The position numbers and the translations under genes are program-made. The notes below the pieces were generated by a model. That model was not told where the DNA came from. It did no database searches and saw nothing but the letters and a program-made list of their open reading frames with translations. From Acidimicrobiia bacterium (GTDB lineage Bacteria; Actinomycetota; Acidimicrobiia; Spongiisociales; SHLN01), in contig JBFKDW010000006.1 of the NCBI GenBank assembly GCA_041619515.1, forward strand, positions 1 to 63,917: a stretch of 63,917 bases of DNA, written 5' to 3'. Positions 57,698-63,917 of the stretch are shown here, piece after piece; the stretch's first letter is position 1, and the number at the start of each line of letters is the position of its first letter.

Positions 57698-58528
57698 TCA
57701 GACCCAGCTGAGCATCTCCTTGACCGCCGCCGGAAGAGACCGCTCCCAGGAAGGGACTTCGATCCCGGTATCGCGGGCGGAGGCAAGCACGCCATAGGCG
57801 GGGCGAAGCGCTCCGATCCCGTATTCCTCGGTCGAGATCGGCTGCACCAGCTCGGGATCCATGTCGGCCAGCCGCACCACAATACGGGCGAGATGGAACC
57901 AGGTCGTTTCGCCCGCACTGGAGAGATGCAAGATGCCCGTGACGCCGGCGTTGAGGGCCTCCAGGGTGGCCACTGCGATGTCGTCTGCGAGGTTGGGAAC
58001 ACCGATTTGGTCGTCGACCACGCGTATCGGCCCTTCACGCGCCCTGCGGAGCACGGTCGCCGCAAAGTTGGGAGAGGTTCCGGAAAGAAGCCATGAGCTG
58101 CGAACCACCAACATCTCCGGATGGGCGGCCAGCCCCTCGGTCTCTCCTGCCAGCTTGCTGTTGCCGTAGGTGTTGATGGGGTTGGGCTCGTCTGATTCCA
58201 CGTACGGCGTGCGCTTGGTCCCGTCGAACACGTAGTCGCTCGAGAAGTTGACGAACGGGATGGAGCGCCCGGCCGCCCAGCGAGCCATCTGGCCGACGGC
58301 CGATGCGTTGAGGAGGTAGGCCAGCTCGGCCTGCTGCTCGGCAAGATCGACCGCAGTGTGGCCGGCGCAGTTGATGAGAGCATCGGGATGAAAGCGATCG
58401 AGTACCGGCACGATATCGTCGAAATTGGTCAGGTCGAGCTCATCGATGCCGAGGGGCCGGCCATCGGGCCCGAGCAAGTTGGCGAACGAGGTGCCGAGTT
58501 GTCCGCCCCGGCCGATGATCAGGATCAT
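57698..58528 (-). CDS. rmlD: dTDP-4-dehydrorhamnose reductase
   Basis: GRGGQLG, SSDYVFDG, YGNSK, VVDDQIG. Confidence 0.95.
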   Translation of the reverse strand: MILIIGRGGQLGTSFANLLGPDGRPLGIDELDLTNFDDIVPVLDRFHPDALINCAGHTAVDLAEQQAELAYLLNASAVGQMARWAAGRSIPFVNFSSDYVFDGTKRTPYVESDEPNPINTYGNSKLAGETEGLAAHPEMLVVRSSWLLSGTSPNFAATVLRRAREGPIRVVDDQIGVPNLADDIAVATLEALNAGVTGILHLSSAGETTWFHLARIVVRLADMDPELVQPISTEEYGIGALRPAYGVLASARDTGIEVPSWERSLPAAVKEMLSWV

Positions 58529-59583
58529 CAGCCGATGATCTCCGATCGGTCGCCGACCGTCAACTCGACAAAGGCCGGAGGGGCGGAGCCGCCGATAGAC
58601 GCTCGCCGGCCGATCAGGGAGTCGCGCAGCCGCCAGTGAGTCAGCTCCACCTCCTCCATCAGGATGGACCGGCGCACCACGGCATCGGTGATCCGGCACC
58701 GATCCCCGATCGTGGTGTTGGGCCCCACCGTGGAGCGCTCGATCTCAACGCCCTCGCCGATGACCACCGGCCCGATCACGTCGCAGTCGACCAGTTTGGA
58801 TCCAAGCCCGACCTGCACCTCACCCCGCAGCCGGCAGTCGATGACCTCGCCTTTCAACGACGTAAGCAGCGTCTCGAGCACCAGCTCGCTGGCGTGGAGG
58901 AGATCTTCCTTCTTGCCGGTGTCCTTCCACCAGCCTCCGATCATCGAGGCGCGAACCCGGCGCCCGGAATCGATCATGTACTGGATGGCATCGGTGATCT
59001 CCAGCTCACCGCGGTCGGAGGGCTCGATGGCGTCCAGCGCCTCGTTGACCGTCGAGTCGAACAGGTAGACGCCCACGAGAGCGAGGTTGGTGGGCGGGTT
59101 CTCCGGTTTCTCCAGGAGCTGATACACCTGTCCGTTCTCGTCGAGCTGGGCGACACCGAAGGAGCTCGGGTTGGGCACTTCGGCCAGGAGTATCTGGGCG
59201 TTTGGCTGGTGGTCTTCGAAATCCCTGACCACGTCGGCGACCCCTTGCCGCACCAGGTTGTCCCCCAGGTACATGAGGACGGAGTCGCCGCCGGCGAACG
59301 GCATTGCGAGCTTGAGAGCGTGGGCGAGCCCGTCTGGACGGTCCTGGAGAATGTATTCGGGCGTGATGCCGAACCGGGATCCATCCCCCACTGCGTCGCG
59401 AATCTCCTGGCCGGTTTCCGGCGAGATGATGATGGCCACTTCGGTGATGCCTGCTGCGGACAGATCCCGCAGTCCATAGAACAGGATCGGCTGGTTGGCC
59501 ACGGGTACCAGCTGCTTCGACATCGCGAACGTGATCGGTCGCAGCCGGCTGCCTGCGCCGCCGGCCAGCACTACGCCCTTCAC
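58528..59583 (-). CDS. rmlA: Glucose-1-phosphate thymidylyltransferase (long form)
   Basis: LAGGAGSRLRP, KQLVPVAN, EKP, RGELEITDA, WWKDTG, C-terminal left-handed beta-helix. Confidence 0.93.
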   Translation of the reverse strand: MKGVVLAGGAGSRLRPITFAMSKQLVPVANQPILFYGLRDLSAAGITEVAIIISPETGQEIRDAVGDGSRFGITPEYILQDRPDGLAHALKLAMPFAGGDSVLMYLGDNLVRQGVADVVRDFEDHQPNAQILLAEVPNPSSFGVAQLDENGQVYQLLEKPENPPTNLALVGVYLFDSTVNEALDAIEPSDRGELEITDAIQYMIDSGRRVRASMIGGWWKDTGKKEDLLHASELVLETLLTSLKGEVIDCRLRGEVQVGLGSKLVDCDVIGPVVIGEGVEIERSTVGPNTTIGDRCRITDAVVRRSILMEEVELTHWRLRDSLIGRRASIGGSAPPAFVELTVGDRSEIIG

Positions 59584-60548
59584 CGTTCCTCCCTCAACGG
59601 CCGCCACCAATCCTCCCGGGAACGGTACCAATCGATGGTGTCTCCCAGCCGATCATCGAGGCTGTGGGACGGCTCCCACCCCAATGCCCGGATCTTCGAC
59701 GAGTCGACGGCATAGCGGCGGTCGTGGCCGGGGCGGTCGGTCACCGGTTCGATGAGGCTCTCGTCTTTGCCGAGCAGGGCGAGGATCTTGCGGGTCAGCT
59801 CGAGATTGGTGACCTGGGCGTCGGCACCGATGTTGTACACCTCCCCGGGCCGGCCGGCCTCTACCAGCAGGTGAAGCGCCGCACAGTGGTCGTCGACGTA
59901 CAGCCAATCACGCTCGTTGAGGCCGTCTCCGTACAGCGGCACCGGGAGATCCTCGAACAGGTTGGTGACGAACAGGGGGATGACCTTCTCCGGGAATTGG
60001 TAGGGACCGTAGTTGTTGGTGCAGCGGGTAATGATGGCGGGGTAGTCAAAGGTGACTGCGTAGGACCCGACGAGGAGGTCGCTCGCCGCCTTCGACGCCG
60101 AATAGGGGGACGACGGGTCGAGCGGGGCATCCTCGCCGGCAAAGCCTTCTGAGATGGACCCGTACACCTCGTCGGTCGAGACCTGAATGAATCGCGGGAT
60201 CCCGTGCCGGCGAGCCGCATCGATGAGCACCCCGGTGCCGACGACGTTGGTTTCGAGAAACACCGACGGACCTTCGATGGATCGGTCGACATGACTCTCG
60301 GCCGCGAAATTGACGACGACGTCATGGCCGGGCAGCAGCCGGTCGACCAGGGCAGCATCACGGATGTCGCCGAGAACGAAGGAGTGGCGGCCGTTGGCGT
60401 CCAGTTCGTCCACGGTGGCCTTGACGCCGGCGTAGGTCAGCAGGTCGAGGTTGGTCACCTCGGCGTCCGGTTCGTGCTCCAGCACCCGGCGGATGAAGTT
60501 CGAGCCGATGAAACCCGCGCCGCCGGTGACGAGGTAGCGGCGGCTCAC
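59580..60548 (-). CDS. rmlB: dTDP-glucose 4,6-dehydratase
   Basis: TGGAGFIGSN, AAESHVDRSI, STDEVYG, YSASKA, DRPGHDRRY. Confidence 0.97.
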   Translation of the reverse strand: MSRRYLVTGGAGFIGSNFIRRVLEHEPDAEVTNLDLLTYAGVKATVDELDANGRHSFVLGDIRDAALVDRLLPGHDVVVNFAAESHVDRSIEGPSVFLETNVVGTGVLIDAARRHGIPRFIQVSTDEVYGSISEGFAGEDAPLDPSSPYSASKAASDLLVGSYAVTFDYPAIITRCTNNYGPYQFPEKVIPLFVTNLFEDLPVPLYGDGLNERDWLYVDDHCAALHLLVEAGRPGEVYNIGADAQVTNLELTRKILALLGKDESLIEPVTDRPGHDRRYAVDSSKIRALGWEPSHSLDDRLGDTIDWYRSREDWWRPLREER

Positions 60549-61069
60549 GAGGGACGTCGTTCCGCCGGAACGTCGGCCCATTTGGCTGCCGCCTGGTCGC
60601 GCTCGGAGAGTATGGGCGATTCCACCGGCCAGGTGATGCCGAGCGCGGAATCATTCCAGAGCACTCCCAGCTCGTCCGAGCCGTCGTAGTAGGCGGTCAC
60701 CATGTACGACATCAGCGTCTCGACCGGGGCGTAGAAACCGTGTGCAACCCCGATCGGGATGTGGACCGCAGCGGGGCCCGTCAACTCGAACTGCTCGACG
60801 GCCATGTGGGTCGGAGAGGAGGCACGCAGGTCGATCAGCGTCACGAGTGCTGCGCCGTGGGGGATGAACCAGAGGTCTTCCTGCGCCAGGTGGTAGTGGA
60901 GCCCGCGCAGCACGCCTGCTTCGGATTTCGACGTGTTGCACTGTACGAAGGTCGTGCCCGGCAGCCATGAAGACCGGTAGGTCTCCATGAAGAATCCACG
61001 GCCGTCGAAATGCTGGTCGAGGGTCAGGTGCTTTACCCCGTCTATGGTTTGTGACGGCCGAATATCCAT
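60545..61069 (-). CDS. rmlC: dTDP-4-dehydrorhamnose 3,5-epimerase
   Basis: DGRGFFMETY, GVLRGLHY, GVAHGF. Confidence 0.95.
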   Translation of the reverse strand: MDIRPSQTIDGVKHLTLDQHFDGRGFFMETYRSSWLPGTTFVQCNTSKSEAGVLRGLHYHLAQEDLWFIPHGAALVTLIDLRASSPTHMAVEQFELTGPAAVHIPIGVAHGFYAPVETLMSYMVTAYYDGSDELGVLWNDSALGITWPVESPILSERDQAAAKWADVPAERRPS

Positions 61070-61219
61070 CGGGCCTCCCTGGTGCGAGTCTTGTTTCGAT
61101 TCGCTCGCTCAGCGTACTGGTTTCTCACGGTCTCTCAATCGGTCGCCCGACCCACTGGATTGAGCGGGCCCTTGCCGCCAGGGCAGGCGCCGGCCCGGAG
61201 ACCGGTAGTATCCACGGGT

Positions 61220-62044
61220 GTGAGTGCGCCTACCACCGAATATCGCTCCCTCCCGAGCCTGGCCCAGACGACCCGGCTTGGTGCCGCTGCCGGCGCAGTT
61301 GCCGCGGTGGCGGTTGTCGTCCTCCTGGCGCCACTGCTGCTCGACCGGGTGTCGGCGAATTCGCTCGACGATGGAACTGCCCGGGTGGACGCGGTGTTTC
61401 AGTTCACCGGGCTGGAAGTTTCGCTGCCCGAGCTCATCCGCCTCGGAGGCGACATCACGCTGTTTGTGGGCACGTGGAACCTGACGCCCCTGTTCATGCT
61501 CTCGCTGGTCGCCGCCATCGGTTTCGGAATCGCCGGGGCCATCACGGTCGGCCTCACCCGCTGGCTTCCGGCCACCGTCGACGCAGCAGTCGTCACCGCC
61601 GGCCAGAACCGCCGCCTGTATGCCAACGGCATCGGGACCGGCGTGGTCATCGGGATCATGGCGGCTCACTTCGGCGCCACCTGGCTGGGCTCCGACACGG
61701 GAGTCGGCCTCGAGATCCCCATCTTCAGGTTCCTGCTGACGCTCGTTGGCGCCGGAGCCGTGCTGGGGGCAAGCGTGGTCGCCACGACCCATTTGATCGC
61801 TCGGCCCGACATCGTCGGAATCGAGGGGAACACCTGGGAAACCCGGGGCGAATTCGTGCGGGCGGTGCGCCGGGCGCTGGCTATTCCGCTGGCGGCCGTC
61901 GCCATCATCGCGGTGCTGGTGGTGGCCTTCGGCGTTCTGCTGCTCGCCGTCGAGGAGGCAGGTAAAGAAGCTCCGCTCATTCTGGCCGGCGTGGCTGCCG
62001 CCGCCATCCTCGGTGGAGCGTCCTTTGCCGCCTACAAGAAGTAG
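61220..62044 (+). CDS. Hypothetical polytopic membrane protein
   Basis: About 6 hydrophobic segments; start set at GTG 8 nt after TAGTAT. Confidence 0.65.
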   Translation: MSAPTTEYRSLPSLAQTTRLGAAAGAVAAVAVVVLLAPLLLDRVSANSLDDGTARVDAVFQFTGLEVSLPELIRLGGDITLFVGTWNLTPLFMLSLVAAIGFGIAGAITVGLTRWLPATVDAAVVTAGQNRRLYANGIGTGVVIGIMAAHFGATWLGSDTGVGLEIPIFRFLLTLVGAGAVLGASVVATTHLIARPDIVGIEGNTWETRGEFVRAVRRALAIPLAAVAIIAVLVVAFGVLLLAVEEAGKEAPLILAGVAAAAILGGASFAAYKK

Positions 62045-62083
62045 CCGGGACCGCCTCCGGCCGAGCTCGCCGCACAGCTCACT

Positions 62084-62108
62084 GAGGGCTGCGGTGCCCG
62101 CAGCCCTC
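62084..62108. terminator. 11-bp hairpin downstream of the membrane protein gene
   Basis: gagggctgcgg-tgc-ccgcagccctc. Confidence 0.6.
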
Positions 62109-62141
62109 TAGTCGAGGGGGATCCCGACCGATATCGAGTAG

Positions 62142-62606
62142 GTGGATATTGCGACGAGGTCCCGGGCGGCGATCGTGCACGTGGTTTCGACTCTGATCGG
62201 GCTCAGCGCGCTCGTGATCGGGGCTCGCTGGGTGCAGGCCGGCGGAGAGGCGGTGGCGGTTCCACCGACCCTCATCGTGCTCGCACTCGTCGTCCTCACA
62301 CCGTTGGCGATCGACCGGAGCTGGACCAGCCGGGGAGAGTTCGTCGATCGCCACATGCAGGCGGGACGCCGGTTTCTGACCACACTGGGCTTGACGGCCG
62401 CCGTTGTGATAGGGCTTCCGGCCAGCGTGACGTGGCTGCTGCCGGTCGGGAGCGAGCTGTGGAGCTCGCTGATGGTGGTTCCCTACCTTGGAGCTCTCGC
62501 CATCCCCGTCGGGTGGGCCTTCTTCGCTGCCCGGGCCGCGATCCTCGCCATGCGCGGCGCCGGCGAACCGTTCCCACGCTGGATGGTCACCGCCAACGGG
62601 AGCTGA
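62142..62606 (+). CDS. Hypothetical 4-TM protein (DUF4870-like ending)
   Basis: Four hydrophobic segments, ends GEPFPRW. Confidence 0.6.
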   Translation: MDIATRSRAAIVHVVSTLIGLSALVIGARWVQAGGEAVAVPPTLIVLALVVLTPLAIDRSWTSRGEFVDRHMQAGRRFLTTLGLTAAVVIGLPASVTWLLPVGSELWSSLMVVPYLGALAIPVGWAFFAARAAILAMRGAGEPFPRWMVTANGS

Positions 62607-62649
62607 TCCGGGCTGGAGGACCGCCGCCTGCGGGGGGCGGCCGTCCGAG

Positions 62650-63495
62650 CTAGGTGGGGACCCGCTCGGGCCGGCTGGGCGAGAATCGCTGCTCGTCGCT
62701 CCACCAGCGGAAGTAGATGGTGATCATGACGCCCCAGAGGAGGAGGCCGCCGCCGATCTTCATGACCAGCCCGGCGATGGTCTGATCGGTGATGACATCC
62801 AGCCCCCATAAGCGCGGAAACCCCTCGTAGACCGGATACACCGTATCGGTGGCAAACGTGAGAAAGCTGGCGGGGATGGTGGGGACGAGGCCGTTGGCGA
62901 ACAGGTAGCCGATAGAAGCCATGGCCGTGAGCTTGGGCAGCTCGGGGACCGGGCCCAGCACCGGCCACCACAGGAGGAAAGCCGTTGCCATGAGCCCGAA
63001 ATGGGCGGCGAAGTGGAATAGGTCGTTCGTGACCATGAGCTCGACCACCCGCGGGACATGGATGGCGGCCAGAGTGGCGTTGAAGATGACGAGAGCAATC
63101 AGCGGCCTGGTCAGGAACCGCAGGGGGCCCATGATCGGACGCACCAGCAGCCGGGTGAACCACCACGGCGATCCCATGAGCAGCAAGGGTGGGACCACCC
63201 ATGCGAGTGTCATATGCTCGATCATGTGGAAGGTGAAGAGGCTCTTCTCGGCAATGTCGTGGAACGGCCAGGTGCTCACCACCACCCAGGCGACCAGGCC
63301 GGCTCCAAACAGCCACTTCTGCGTGCGGGTGACGGCCTCCTCACCCCGGGGGGCATAGCGAGCGGCCAGGCGCGGCATGACGTAGAAGTACCCGACGGCC
63401 AGGGCGGCGATCAGCAGATAGACGTCCCAGTGAGGATGGAACGCCAGCACCTCGCTGGCATCGTCGACGACTTCACCGCTAGCGAGGATCGCCAT
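62650..63495 (-). CDS. ctaG: Cytochrome c oxidase assembly factor (caa3 CtaG family)
   Basis: FHMIEHM...PPLLLMG, LLWWPV, DQTIAGLVMK. Confidence 0.9.
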   Translation of the reverse strand: MAILASGEVVDDASEVLAFHPHWDVYLLIAALAVGYFYVMPRLAARYAPRGEEAVTRTQKWLFGAGLVAWVVVSTWPFHDIAEKSLFTFHMIEHMTLAWVVPPLLLMGSPWWFTRLLVRPIMGPLRFLTRPLIALVIFNATLAAIHVPRVVELMVTNDLFHFAAHFGLMATAFLLWWPVLGPVPELPKLTAMASIGYLFANGLVPTIPASFLTFATDTVYPVYEGFPRLWGLDVITDQTIAGLVMKIGGGLLLWGVMITIYFRWWSDEQRFSPSRPERVPT

Positions 63496-63496
63496 G

Positions 63497-63844
63497 TCAG
63501 AACGTGTCGAGGAGCGCCCGGAAGGACAGCAGCACGGCAATGAAGAGGGCGAGGGCACCGATGAGGCCGAAGTAGAACATGAAGTTCATGGTGAAGGGCT
63601 CGTACCGGAGGTGCATGAAGAAGGCCACCACCGTGAGGAACTTGACGATCCCGAGCAGGAGCAGCGACGCGACCAGGAACCCGCCGTCGAATCCGGGGAT
63701 GTAAGTGATGGCTATCTCTACGGCAGTGACAATGCCCAAGAACAGGGCAATCGCCCAATAGTTGGCCGGGCTGAGATGGAAGTGATCGTCGTGAGAGCTC
63801 TCCTCTTCGACCGTCGACTCCGGGGCTGGCGTTTCGGTGGCCAT
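63497..63844 (-). CDS. Cytochrome c oxidase subunit IV family protein
   Basis: YWAIALFLGIVTAVE, KFLTVVAFFMHLRYE. Confidence 0.88.
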   Translation of the reverse strand: MATETPAPESTVEEESSHDDHFHLSPANYWAIALFLGIVTAVEIAITYIPGFDGGFLVASLLLLGIVKFLTVVAFFMHLRYEPFTMNFMFYFGLIGALALFIAVLLSFRALLDTF

Positions 63845-63846
63845 GA

Positions 63847-63917
<71 letters not shown>

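Overview
High-GC bacterial chromosome segment. Gene content, TANNNT leaderless promoters and an Rv3654c-Rv3661-type tad/HAD neighbourhood suggest an actinobacterium, probably Acidimicrobiia-like (inference). The first ~25 kb is an island of large secreted or surface proteins: (1) a repeat-containing surface protein running off the left edge, missed by the ORF track; (2) an LCP protein; (3) a lipoprotein; (4) three adjacent secreted enzymes (arylsulfotransferase, PQQ sugar dehydrogenase, metallophosphoesterase/beta-helix/LamG) that all carry the same SdrD-B-like module; (5) a GDWDxDG-repeat propeller; (6) a 3737-aa mega-enzyme with 2x 5'-nucleotidase, ExeM nuclease, ScyE propeller, 2x Ig, a second EEP, spondin, alpha/beta hydrolase, SMP-30 propeller and CHRD. 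The rest is mostly core content: flippase, Tad/Flp pilus cluster, HAD, leuCD, GH18, FIST plus histidine kinase, GDPD, sugar ABC transporter, LOG, HerA-like ATPase, ltaE, macrodomain, CBS, sigma-70, YyaL, rmlCBAD and the end of a cytochrome c oxidase operon. Several genes appear to start at non-canonical codons (ATC, ATT, CTG). No rRNA, tRNA, CRISPR or transposase was recognised. All domain calls are by eye from motifs, not database searches.
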